DNA of 58,790 bases from a virus (lineage: Duplodnaviria; Caudoviricetes): the IMG/VR virus record IMGVR_UViG_3300028844_003404, positions 1 through 58,790 of that record; one strand, given 5' to 3'. Position 1 is the first letter of the stretch. The number at the start of each line of letters is the position of its first letter. This document shows, in pieces, positions 1 to 9,198 of this stretch. Below the pieces are notes generated by a model. The model had not been told where the DNA came from. It ran no database searches and was given only the letters and a program-made list of their open reading frames with translations. The translations under genes were made by a program, and so were the position numbers.

Positions 1-2934
1 TTATGTCCTAATTGTCCAACACCGACACCTACACCCACACCAAGTACAACTCCCGATTCATGGACTATCGTAACTAATCTATTGACACTGGAAGGTTGTT
101 GCGATGGAATTACCTATACCGCAAATACCACATTAAACATATCTTCAAACGTTAATGACTACGTATATTTAATTAATGGTAACTCACCTTATAATAGTAG
201 TTTTACTTCTGGATGTTACAAAATACTCTCATCGTCGGCACAAACAGGGTCTTCACAAGGGACCATTACCGAAAATTATGGGTCAGTAAGTTGTACTTCA
301 TGTACAAATAACCACCCTTGTTTACAAAAATATACAGGTTGTTCCGAAGAATGTACGGTAGTTTCTTACCCATATGATACAGTACCCTTCAATTACTCCG
401 GAATCGACTATGAAATACCTACAGTCATACAAGAACCTGCCCATTTAGCACCTTTAGCAAATGAAAATGGTATTGTAACTGATTCCGCGATGTTGGCAAC
501 ATTAATATATTATCAAGGAGGTACATGTGATAATATTGAATATTTTTGTGATACGTTTCTGAATGATGATGGTGCAATAACAACCGCAGACCTATTGACG
601 GTTCTACAAACTTATGGAGAACTGTCTTCATATATTCAAGAACAAATAACATGTCCTTCGGTGTATACTCAAGGTCTTAATCCAACACTAAATGGTATTT
701 ACTACGTTACTCAAGAACAAAATTGTTATGAGTATGTGGGAGACGTTAACAGTATTGACCAACCCGTTATTGATTTTAGTATCGATACCGAATACACAGG
801 GTGTACCGAATGTATTGAAGACTCGATTCCTACACCCACACCTACACCTACAATAACACCTACAATAACACCTACACCATCTATAACACCATCTATAACC
901 TCAACTGTAACACCATCTATAACTGTAACACCTAGTTCGACACCTTCACAATTTATTTATAAAGTATTATTAAGTGGATGTTGCGATAATGAGACATATC
1001 TTGATAATGTTCAGTTTACTAATCAAATAACTCAAATAAATGATACTTTCTATTTTGGTGGTGACGGTACTCAGAACATATTACCACAATGTTATACGGT
1101 GATAAATTTTGTATTAGACAATACTTTAACACCTTCTTTCACAATAGATAACAGTACTGGATTTGATAACTGTTCTTCGTGTTTAGCGTCAAACCCATGT
1201 ACTTCATTATATCGAGCAAAATCTTGTTGTACAGAAGGAGTTGAAGATTTGTTTGTTACAGTAGTGGGAGACCAACCTATTTTAGGATTTCATGGATTCT
1301 CATATTTAGGAAATTGTTTTGTATTCGTTGAGGGTCAAGGTAGTGGAAGTGGTAGTATTACAGTAAATTCAGACAACTTTTTAGAAAATATATGTACTGA
1401 CTTAATATTAAACCCTCAACAATGTAACCCATGTCCATCAGTTACTCCTAGTGTAACACCATCGGTAACTACAACACCATCGGTAACTACAACACCATCG
1501 GTAACTATGACGCCATCGGTAACTATGACCGCAACACCGTCAGTGACTCCAAGTTCTTCAGAACCACTACCCATTGTTTATTACACAGTAGTTCCGTGTT
1601 GTTCATCAGTTAGCGATGGCTCCGGATATGTTTTGGGTGTTATTTTTAATGGTACCATCACATCTCTTAATATTGGTGATGTATTTGTTTGGAATGTTTT
1701 CAACCCTGGAAACCCAATATCATGGAGGGTAGTCGGAACTTCATCTTCGGAAAATGTCGCATATTTTTATTTAGAAGACGAAGATATATTTCAGGGAGGA
1801 GAAAATAATTGTTTCGATGCCGCTAATGCATTCGATATATTTTGTACCCAAACCGGATATTTCACCGGGTGTACAACAGGAAACGTATATTTTTTATATG
1901 ATTTGAACAGTAGTTCTGGGACCGTGGGAATCGCACCACAATACGGTGAATCGGCCACCTATTATTATGAGGGGATACAAGACGAGTTATCAGTAAACGG
2001 GGATTGTTATCTTAACTTTGTTGAGGGAGACATTTCAAATGGGTGGGCTGATATAACAACATTAGGTCCCGATTTAGGAGAACTTTTATCGTACCCCTTA
2101 GGATGTCAAAACTGTCCAACACTGACACCGACACCAACACCATCAATAACACCTACTCTCACACCTACTCTCACACCTACCATTACTCCAACACCTTCGG
2201 TTACGTCATCACCTATACCTGACTCTATACAGTGTGGAGACTTTATTAATATCAGTAGTGATAATTTTAATGAGGTTTTAAACCCTGACGGAACTATACA
2301 ATCATATCCAACGAGTAGTACGATTATAAACGCGACACTTAATTTATCATCTTGTGCCGGTACTGTAAAATTCTCGATGTTTACGTGGAATATACCGGAC
2401 AGGATTGTAGTTAAAAACAGTTCAGATGAGGTTGTTATTGATACTTTATATATAGGTCAACCATTGGTCGAAGGAAACGTTGTTAGTACTATTGTGGGGA
2501 ATAGTCCGTTTGAAAGTAACGTATTTACGTGGAATAACGATACTGAACAGTTAGAGTTCACTAACTCTGAATCTGTCGAAGTTACGGTGAATGACTTCCC
2601 CTTCCATTCAGATTCCGGTAATTTCACATATCCATTATATACTAATGTATGGGACGATAATGGAGTTTCTAGATATGGAGCAAAAGGGCAAATAGGTGGT
2701 ACTCTAGAATATGTTAATGATGTGGGGTCTCCTATATCTCCACTATTTTGTGACTCATCGGTGGTAGCTAATAACACTTACGCTTGTTGTGGTGGTGAAC
2801 CCTTCCAAAGGAGAGTATTCTCTTTTGTTAAACCTCAAGGGGAGTCAGTTTATAATTTAACAGTTTACGGAGGAACGTGGGGCACTTACGGAACTGGGTA
2901 CGGAATAACTTTATTAGAATGTCCATCTTGTTAA
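1..2934 (+). CDS. 5'-truncated Cys-rich, Pro/Thr/Ser-repeat virion surface or fibre-like protein
   Basis: Frame of the 82..2934 ORF is open from base 1 (LCPNCPTPTPTP...). About six Cys modules (GCC...CY...CxxC) separated by TPTPSIT linkers; dockerin/EF-hand-like segment at 550-618. Confidence 0.6.
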   Translation, partial: LCPNCPTPTPTPTPSTTPDSWTIVTNLLTLEGCCDGITYTANTTLNISSNVNDYVYLINGNSPYNSSFTSGCYKILSSSAQTGSSQGTITENYGSVSCTSCTNNHPCLQKYTGCSEECTVVSYPYDTVPFNYSGIDYEIPTVIQEPAHLAPLANENGIVTDSAMLATLIYYQGGTCDNIEYFCDTFLNDDGAITTADLLTVLQTYGELSSYIQEQITCPSVYTQGLNPTLNGIYYVTQEQNCYEYVGDVNSIDQPVIDFSIDTEYTGCTECIEDSIPTPTPTPTITPTITPTPSITPSITSTVTPSITVTPSSTPSQFIYKVLLSGCCDNETYLDNVQFTNQITQINDTFYFGGDGTQNILPQCYTVINFVLDNTLTPSFTIDNSTGFDNCSSCLASNPCTSLYRAKSCCTEGVEDLFVTVVGDQPILGFHGFSYLGNCFVFVEGQGSGSGSITVNSDNFLENICTDLILNPQQCNPCPSVTPSVTPSVTTTPSVTTTPSVTMTPSVTMTATPSVTPSSSEPLPIVYYTVVPCCSSVSDGSGYVLGVIFNGTITSLNIGDVFVWNVFNPGNPISWRVVGTSSSENVAYFYLEDEDIFQGGENNCFDAANAFDIFCTQTGYFTGCTTGNVYFLYDLNSSSGTVGIAPQYGESATYYYEGIQDELSVNGDCYLNFVEGDISNGWADITTLGPDLGELLSYPLGCQNCPTLTPTPTPSITPTLTPTLTPTITPTPSVTSSPIPDSIQCGDFINISSDNFNEVLNPDGTIQSYPTSSTIINATLNLSSCAGTVKFSMFTWNIPDRIVVKNSSDEVVIDTLYIGQPLVEGNVVSTIVGNSPFESNVFTWNNDTEQLEFTNSESVEVTVNDFPFHSDSGNFTYPLYTNVWDDNGVSRYGAKGQIGGTLEYVNDVGSPISPLFCDSSVVANNTYACCGGEPFQRRVFSFVKPQGESVYNLTVYGGTWGTYGTGYGITLLECPSC
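1456..1527 (+). repeat. 4 x 18-bp coding tandem repeat (TPSVTT/TPSVTM)
   Basis: acaccatcggtaactaca twice exactly, then acaccatcggtaactatg and acgccatcggtaactatg; looser PT repeats at about 828-950 and 2115-2215. Confidence 0.9.
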
Positions 2935-2935
2935 T

Positions 2936-3289
2936 ATGGAATTTTTTATAAATAAAGGTAGTGAGTCTCCCATCCTAATTATGGAAATAGTTCAGGATGG
3001 GAGAACTGACTCGTATCAGAAATTTAATGAAGAACTTGTAAACTCAGTTATAAGGTTTTCAATGAAAAGGGAGTCGGATGGTTTGGAAAAAATTATTATG
3101 AATAACGCATACATAACTGAAAAGTTATTAATAAATCCTGACACCCCACGAGAATATTACATTTATTATAAGTGGTTAGAAAGGGATACCAATCAAAAAG
3201 GTAGGTATATTGGAGAATTTTCAATAACCACTAAGGAAGGTATTTTAATCGCCCCAATCCGAGAACCTCTTTTTATTAATGTTATTTGA
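2936..3289 (+). CDS. small Ig-like virion protein (BppU N-terminal-like)
   Basis: 117 aa, beta-rich; pattern FFINKG...YKWxxxDTxxxGRYIGEFSI resembles BppU_N-type domains; follows the fibre-like gene. Confidence 0.45.
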   Translation: MEFFINKGSESPILIMEIVQDGRTDSYQKFNEELVNSVIRFSMKRESDGLEKIIMNNAYITEKLLINPDTPREYYIYYKWLERDTNQKGRYIGEFSITTKEGILIAPIREPLFINVI

Positions 3290-3316
3290 CAAACTTTAGA
3301 TTGTAGACTATATTTG
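3285..3316 (+). promoter_or_regulatory. Bacteroidota sigmaA-type promoter upstream of DNA polymerase
   Basis: TTTG (3285-3288), 20 nt, TATATTTG (3309-3316); matches TTTG-N19-21-TAnnTTTG. Also reads as TTGACA-N17-TATATT. Confidence 0.7.
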
Positions 3317-3324
3317 TTACAAAT

Positions 3325-3370
3325 ACCAAGAGAAATCACGTCAAAGCGATGTGAGAATAATATCTCAGGT
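3325..3370 (+). promoter_or_regulatory. structured 5' leader of polymerase mRNA (candidate translational operator)
   Basis: TCACGTC(3336-42)/GATGTGA(3348-54) stem with AAAGC loop, extended by GAGA/TCTC and ACC/GGT pairings; ends 15 nt before ATG 3386. Confidence 0.4.
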
Positions 3371-3385
3371 GAAAAGTTAAAAATT

Positions 3386-6145
3386 ATGGTCTCACAAGAA
3401 GAAATTGAACAATTCCTCCACGGAGAGGATGAAGAAAAATATATCGTAGCGCTAGAATACGACTACCGTTCGAATAAGATTTTTAAGGTTATTCAACACC
3501 CTACAAACGGAAAGCAGATAAAGACGGATTCTTTTATTCCATTCGCTTGGGTGGGTGATTTAAAAGGTAAAAACTTTTATAACGGTTCTAAACATGCTCA
3601 AAAACAGGCAATGTCCGAACATGGGATATTGATTGAAACTCTTTCTACCCATGGGGACGAAAGGATGGAGCAAGGTTTAAAGTATATGGTTAAGACCACT
3701 AAAACATATTCTAACCTTGTGAACTTTTTTAAAAATGGAGGATTAAACCCTTGGGATAGAGAGAATACAAATGCGATTGCGATACTATCTCCCGTAGAAC
3801 AGTATCTTTGTCAGAAACAAAAAAGATTGTTTAAGGGGTTTGATGAGTATGATGAAGTACATCGATTCGTCTTTGACATTGAGACTACGGGTTTGGATGC
3901 AAATACTGAAAAAATATTCCTAATCGGTATGAAAGATAATAGGGGGTATGAAAAGGTGATATCAGCACAAAATGAAGAAGAGGAAAAGGAGATGATTGTC
4001 GAATTTTTTAATGTCATTAATTATCTAAAACCGACATTGGTCGGTGGATATAACTCAGCGTTTTTCGATTTTCCTTTTATTTTAACAAGAGCAGAAATGT
4101 TAGGTTTGGATATTGGAAAAATAGCTAAGACTCTTAACCCCGAAAAAAAACTTAGACAAAAACAAGGGATGTTGAAGCTTGCAAATGAGATGGAAGATTA
4201 TACTCAGACCATGATGTGGGGTTATAATATTGTTGACATCGCACATGCTGTTAGGAGGGCTCAGGCAATTAACTCAGACATAAAGAGTTGGGGACTTAAG
4301 TACATCACCCAATTTATCGGAGCTGAAAAGGAAAATCGTGTATACGTCAAAGGAGATAAGATTGGAAAAATATATTTTGATAATAAGGATTACTACTTCA
4401 ACCCTAAAACTGGAGGATATAAAGAAGTAGGTTCTCCGGGTACAGAAAATCTTATGGAAAGGTTTCCTGGTCACTATGAAGAAGTAAATGGTGAATACCT
4501 CATCGAGAGATACCTATATGATGATATATGGGAAACCATGGTTGTCGATGAGGAGTTCAATCAAGCTAACTTTCTTCTCGCTAAACTTGTACCCACAACC
4601 TATGAACGACTTTCTACTATGGGTACCGCAACACTGTGGAAAATGATTATGATGTCATGGTCGTACAAACACAGTCTCGCAATACCTAAGAAAGGGGAGA
4701 AGAGGTCGTTTACAGGGGGTCTCTCACGACTTTTACAGGTCGGGTACTCCACTGATGTACTTAAGCTCGACTACTCGTCTCTATACCCCTCTATTCAACT
4801 CGTACACGATGTATTCCCTAAGTGTGATGTTACAGGTGCTATGAAGAGTATGTTGAAGTACTTCCGTGATACTCGTATTAAATATAAGAAGTTAGCTGCG
4901 GACCACTACACTACAGACCCTAAACTATCTTCACAGTATAATCGAAAACAACTTCCGATTAAAATTTTTATTAACGCGTTCTTCGGGTCTCTGTCTGCAC
5001 CTCATGTATTTCCGTGGGGAGATATGGATATGGGGGAACAGATTACGTGTACAGGTAGACAATACCTTAGACAGATGATTATGTGGTTTATGGAACGTGG
5101 GTATGAACCATTAGTTATGGATACTGATGGTGTTAACTTCGCAGTCCCTGACGGTCGAGATGACCATAAATACGTAGGTAAAGGGTTAAACGGTCTTGTG
5201 CAAGAAGGTAAAGAGTATTCGGGTTCAGAGGCTGATGTTGCGGAATATAATGATATATTTATGAGGGGTGAAATGGGTCTTGATACCGATGGTCAATGGC
5301 CGGCAACTATTAATGTTGCTCGTAAAAACTATGCACTTCTTACCGATAAAGGTAAAGTAAAACTAACAGGTAACACTATTAAGTCTAAGAAACTACAAAC
5401 GTATGTTGCCGAGTTTTTGGACTCAGGATTACGTATGTTGTTAGATGGTAAAGGTCAAGAATTCTTAGACTCATATTATGATTATGTCGGTAAGTTATAT
5501 AATCGTGAAATCCCTATATCTAAAATTGCGAATAAAGCTCGTGTAAAACAGTCTATAGAAGAATATAAAGTTCATATCACGAAAAGAACTAAGTCGGGGT
5601 CTTTTATGTCTAGACAAGCACATATGGAATTAGCAATGGCAAATAACTTAAGTGTGGGTTTGGGTGATACCATATACTATGTTAATAACGGTACTCGAAA
5701 ATCTCACGGTGATGTACAAAAGAAAAAAGATGAGGTTGTTATTAATTGTTATCATGTTGATGAAAAAGATATGGAGAATAACCCTAACAAGTTGGGTGAG
5801 TATAACGTTCCTCGTTATGTTACCGCTTTTAATAAAAGAATTGAACCTCTATTGGTTGTGTTTTCTCCTGAAATACGAGATGAAATTTTAGTAGAGAATC
5901 CTGATGATAGACCATTATTTACAAAGACTCAAACTAAATTAGGTAGAGGGTACCCAAGAAAAGATGGGGACCAAGATACATTAGATGAGGTACTTACCCT
6001 ATCTGACACTGAGAAAGTGTTTTGGGATAGTGTGGGTATCAACCCTTTCTATATGTATTTAGAAGGTACTGAAGAACTAGTCAACACCAATTATGTCGAG
6101 AAAAATAAAATTCTTATGAATTCTTTAAACCATCAGACGACATAA
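3386..6145 (+). CDS. polB: family B DNA polymerase with 3'-5' exonuclease
   Basis: ExoI FDIETTG, ExoII GYNSAFFDFPF, motif A DYSSLYPS, motif B KIFINAFFG, motif C MDTDG. Start moved from TTG 3314 (inside the promoter) to in-frame ATG 3386. Confidence 0.95.
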   Translation: MVSQEEIEQFLHGEDEEKYIVALEYDYRSNKIFKVIQHPTNGKQIKTDSFIPFAWVGDLKGKNFYNGSKHAQKQAMSEHGILIETLSTHGDERMEQGLKYMVKTTKTYSNLVNFFKNGGLNPWDRENTNAIAILSPVEQYLCQKQKRLFKGFDEYDEVHRFVFDIETTGLDANTEKIFLIGMKDNRGYEKVISAQNEEEEKEMIVEFFNVINYLKPTLVGGYNSAFFDFPFILTRAEMLGLDIGKIAKTLNPEKKLRQKQGMLKLANEMEDYTQTMMWGYNIVDIAHAVRRAQAINSDIKSWGLKYITQFIGAEKENRVYVKGDKIGKIYFDNKDYYFNPKTGGYKEVGSPGTENLMERFPGHYEEVNGEYLIERYLYDDIWETMVVDEEFNQANFLLAKLVPTTYERLSTMGTATLWKMIMMSWSYKHSLAIPKKGEKRSFTGGLSRLLQVGYSTDVLKLDYSSLYPSIQLVHDVFPKCDVTGAMKSMLKYFRDTRIKYKKLAADHYTTDPKLSSQYNRKQLPIKIFINAFFGSLSAPHVFPWGDMDMGEQITCTGRQYLRQMIMWFMERGYEPLVMDTDGVNFAVPDGRDDHKYVGKGLNGLVQEGKEYSGSEADVAEYNDIFMRGEMGLDTDGQWPATINVARKNYALLTDKGKVKLTGNTIKSKKLQTYVAEFLDSGLRMLLDGKGQEFLDSYYDYVGKLYNREIPISKIANKARVKQSIEEYKVHITKRTKSGSFMSRQAHMELAMANNLSVGLGDTIYYVNNGTRKSHGDVQKKKDEVVINCYHVDEKDMENNPNKLGEYNVPRYVTAFNKRIEPLLVVFSPEIRDEILVENPDDRPLFTKTQTKLGRGYPRKDGDQDTLDEVLTLSDTEKVFWDSVGINPFYMYLEGTEELVNTNYVEKNKILMNSLNHQTT

Positions 6146-6446
6146 TAAACCATCCGTCCCTTAGAAACCTAAGTTCTACAGATGCCCCATTCTGCAATTC
6201 AATCTCATCAAATTCTTCATCAATCGAATAATCTCCAACCACTAAAACATCGGTTAATGCTTTAATTGTTATGTGTTCAGTAGTTGTTGAGTCTAATTGT
6301 AACTTACAAACTTTAACGTCCTTAATGATAATTGCAGACTCTCCGTTTGTGGTATATGATTCACTACTTAAAAGTGTTGATTCTGAGGTTTTAATGGTTA
6401 GACCATTAATAATTTTTGTAACTGGTGTTGATTTAAAAATTGCCAT
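6114..6446 (-). CDS. hypothetical small beta-rich protein, probably virion-associated
   Basis: 110 aa, ATG start, 1 nt after the stop of the neck gene; 3' end overlaps polymerase 3' end by 32 nt. Confidence 0.65.
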   Translation of the reverse strand: MAIFKSTPVTKIINGLTIKTSESTLLSSESYTTNGESAIIIKDVKVCKLQLDSTTTEHITIKALTDVLVVGDYSIDEEFDEIELQNGASVELRFLRDGWFIMSSDGLKNS

Positions 6447-6447
6447 A

Positions 6448-7560
6448 TTATATTGAATAAAATTGTCTTGGGAATGCCCGATATTGTAATGATTTATTTA
6501 AGTTTTCAGCTTCGTTAGCCTGTCTTTCCATCATTTTATCAGGTCTTAATCTTTCTAATCTTTGAGTTAGTTCCTCGATTAGTTTTGATTTTTCGTCTTT
6601 TGATTCTGTTAAAAGGGAGTCGTACTCCATTTGTATTTCTGAGTCTGGTGTTTTTAGATTTCCTAAGTACTTTCCTCTTACCCTTCCTAAAGATTCTTTT
6701 ACGTAAGCCGTAAACCACCTTCTAACCCACGTCTGTGCCGGATTATTTAACTCATCCCACAACATTTCATCTATCGGGATGTCTGAAGGTAATCTTACTA
6801 TATCAGGGTTTTCAGCTAAACAAGTCTCTCGGTCATCAGTTTCATAATACCAATACCACACAACATATTGATTATATTGAATGTTACCAAAATCAAATTT
6901 ACCTCCAGGTACGTTCATTAGATGAACTGCCTTTTTACCTTCAGGTAGTGCTGTAATTCTATAAGTTAAATCACCTGAGATTATTCTTCGCTTAATGTTA
7001 ATGTCTTGCATTCTAAGTAACATATCAAATGCGGGTGTTATAAAATAATTTCCCTGAGAACCCATTTGAGAGAATCCCGCTCCACCACCTAATCCTACAC
7101 CACCGAAACCACCGAAACCACCCATAAATGGGTCAAAAAATGCCGCGTCTAATTCTGCCCTACTAAACCATAATAACTCATTAATTTCTCTTCCTGCGGG
7201 TACCTCATAAATTTGTTGTCCAGGAACTAAGGTAATAAAATCTTTTTTTAACACTGAGTCTCCTCCGGCCTGTAAACCAACAATTTTTGAATAGGCATAT
7301 GTGTATTGGGTTTCCCAATCTAAACTACGAGTTATAAACGCTCTAGTTACTGATTGTTCATCTAAATTTAATCCATATAATGATGTCCACTGAGCCTCAA
7401 TTAACCAGTCATTAACATACTGTGCGTAGTCTTGAATTGATAATTCCATTAGTGAGTCCATCATTTCATCGGTAATTTCTACACCGCGTAAGGGAGCACC
7501 TAATAGGTGTTTTATACGAGTATATAGTTTACTTCTTTGTGGTTCGTTAATTGCTGACAT
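6448..7560 (-). CDS. neck / head-tail adaptor protein (T4 gp13-like)
   Basis: N-terminal RIKHLLGAPLRGVEIT and C-terminal WVRRWFTAYVKESLGRVRGKY...YDSLLTE patterns typical of gp13-like neck proteins; upstream TATTTATA motif. Confidence 0.7.
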   Translation of the reverse strand: MSAINEPQRSKLYTRIKHLLGAPLRGVEITDEMMDSLMELSIQDYAQYVNDWLIEAQWTSLYGLNLDEQSVTRAFITRSLDWETQYTYAYSKIVGLQAGGDSVLKKDFITLVPGQQIYEVPAGREINELLWFSRAELDAAFFDPFMGGFGGFGGVGLGGGAGFSQMGSQGNYFITPAFDMLLRMQDINIKRRIISGDLTYRITALPEGKKAVHLMNVPGGKFDFGNIQYNQYVVWYWYYETDDRETCLAENPDIVRLPSDIPIDEMLWDELNNPAQTWVRRWFTAYVKESLGRVRGKYLGNLKTPDSEIQMEYDSLLTESKDEKSKLIEELTQRLERLRPDKMMERQANEAENLNKSLQYRAFPRQFYSI

Positions 7561-7573
7561 AATGTGTTTTATA

Positions 7574-7581
7574 TATAAATA
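7574..7581 (-). promoter_or_regulatory. TATTTATA late-promoter-like motif
   Basis: Sense-strand TATTTATA 13 nt upstream of the neck gene start; same motif precedes many structural genes. Confidence 0.6.
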
Positions 7582-7599
7582 TTTAGAAATCTTTATTTA

Positions 7600-9159
7600 T
7601 CAAGACTTATATTGAGACTCTTCGTCAAAAACATACTCTCCATTTTCAATTTGGGTGTTGTTATTATCAAATACCATTATTCCTCTGCCTTTGTTATGAA
7701 ATACTAACATATCAGTTTTATATTGTTTTATAACACCAGTTCCGACCATGGTTATTTTACCGTCTTCAACAGTATAATCTCTAAATGGTTTTATTTGTAC
7801 AGTTTTATCTCCATTATCAGTTCTTATAATTGCATCAACACCACCGATAGCATCTATAACACTACCTAATTCGCCGACTTTTTTTACGTTAGAGACTCCG
7901 AATACTTTTTGTAATTCTTTTACCGCTAAGTTTTCGGTTTTATCACCTTGTTTATTTCTTCTATTAACTGCGGTGTACATCGCATCAAACGTGTTGGATG
8001 TATTTTTAAATAGTCGGTCTTTCCAATGAGTGATATATTTTAAAAATCGATATAACTCTTTTATTTGTTCATTTTTACTTTTTCCGTAAAAACTAATAGG
8101 TGGATGTCCGTAGTGTTTTAATGCGACGTTAATGTCATTTTTTAAAATACAAAATGTAGTGGCGTTTGTATTGATTTTATTTAATACGGACCTGCCCCCT
8201 TCAACATTACCATTATACTCAAAGTCATATATACCTGACAGTTGTTCCCCTTGTTTTTCTCTCCAATAATCTTTAAAAATTTCTTTAAAAACTTTATCAA
8301 TTAATGTACGATATTTCCATTTTATTTGAGGGTTAGTGTTAAATAAATCTATAGTTTGTCTAACTTGTTTTGAGTTACATCCCTGACTTTCAATCTCAAC
8401 GAGGAGATTTTTTTTATTAAAAGATTCTTTTATTGTGGATTTAGGTTTAGATGAGTATAAACGGTTAACAAAATCCCAATTCACCACTGACCAAAAGTTT
8501 TTTATATAATCATCTTTTTTATTTCTATATTTTAAATAATAAGAGTGTTCCCATAAATCCAAACCTAATAATGGACGACCACCGTATTTAATCGTGTTCA
8601 TAAGGGGGTTGTCTTGATTTGCCGTGGTCATTATTTTTAACCTATTATTTTTTGTCAAAACAAGCCATACCCACCCTGAACCAAATCTTTTTTGGGCTGC
8701 GGATTCAAACAATTTTTTAAAATTATTAAATGTTTTATATTCTTTAATAATTTTTTCATAAATTTCTCCTGAACATCTTTGCTTTTTAGGACTTAACATC
8801 TTCCAAAACAATGCATGGTTGAAAGCTCCTCCAGCATTATTTTTTACCGTTTTATCGTACATTGATATTGTTTTTACAATATCTTTTAGTTTTTTGTCCT
8901 TACCCTTATTATCTTTTATAGCGTCATTAAGTTTATTAACATAACCTTTATAGTGCTTATTGTAATGTACGTTCATAGTTTCCTTATCTATAAAACGTTC
9001 TAAGGCTGAATAAGAGTAAGGTAATCTTTCGATACCTATTTTTTTCATTTCTTTTAAAATTTCTTTTGGGACGTTAGGTGATAATTTTCTTTTTATCCCT
9101 TCACTTATAATCTGATTTTCTATGTCAGTTATTTTATTTAATGTTCTTTTAGTTCCCAT
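7600..9159 (-). CDS. sodA: Fe/Mn superoxide dismutase (Mn-type signature) fused to a C-terminal PD-(D/E)xK-like domain
   Basis: LPYSYSALE, HYNKHYKGY, NNAGGAFNHALFW, FGSGWVWL, NQDNP, DLWEHSYYLKY in aa ~42-236; an extra ~280 aa follow with E...GVD...VQIK. Confidence 0.9.
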   Translation of the reverse strand: MGTKRTLNKITDIENQIISEGIKRKLSPNVPKEILKEMKKIGIERLPYSYSALERFIDKETMNVHYNKHYKGYVNKLNDAIKDNKGKDKKLKDIVKTISMYDKTVKNNAGGAFNHALFWKMLSPKKQRCSGEIYEKIIKEYKTFNNFKKLFESAAQKRFGSGWVWLVLTKNNRLKIMTTANQDNPLMNTIKYGGRPLLGLDLWEHSYYLKYRNKKDDYIKNFWSVVNWDFVNRLYSSKPKSTIKESFNKKNLLVEIESQGCNSKQVRQTIDLFNTNPQIKWKYRTLIDKVFKEIFKDYWREKQGEQLSGIYDFEYNGNVEGGRSVLNKINTNATTFCILKNDINVALKHYGHPPISFYGKSKNEQIKELYRFLKYITHWKDRLFKNTSNTFDAMYTAVNRRNKQGDKTENLAVKELQKVFGVSNVKKVGELGSVIDAIGGVDAIIRTDNGDKTVQIKPFRDYTVEDGKITMVGTGVIKQYKTDMLVFHNKGRGIMVFDNNNTQIENGEYVFDEESQYKS

Positions 9160-9169
9160 TATTTTTATA

Positions 9170-9177
9170 TATAAATA
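9170..9177 (-). promoter_or_regulatory. TATTTATA late-promoter-like motif
   Basis: Sense-strand TATTTATA 10 nt upstream of the SOD-fusion ATG. Confidence 0.6.
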
Positions 9178-9198
9178 ATGCGAAATATAAAAACAGAC

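Noticed and set aside
3314-3385. TTG starts at 3314 and 33973 given by the track
   Set aside because: Both TTGs are the end of the TATATTTG promoter element; in-frame ATGs at 3386 and 34018 have typical A-rich leaders.
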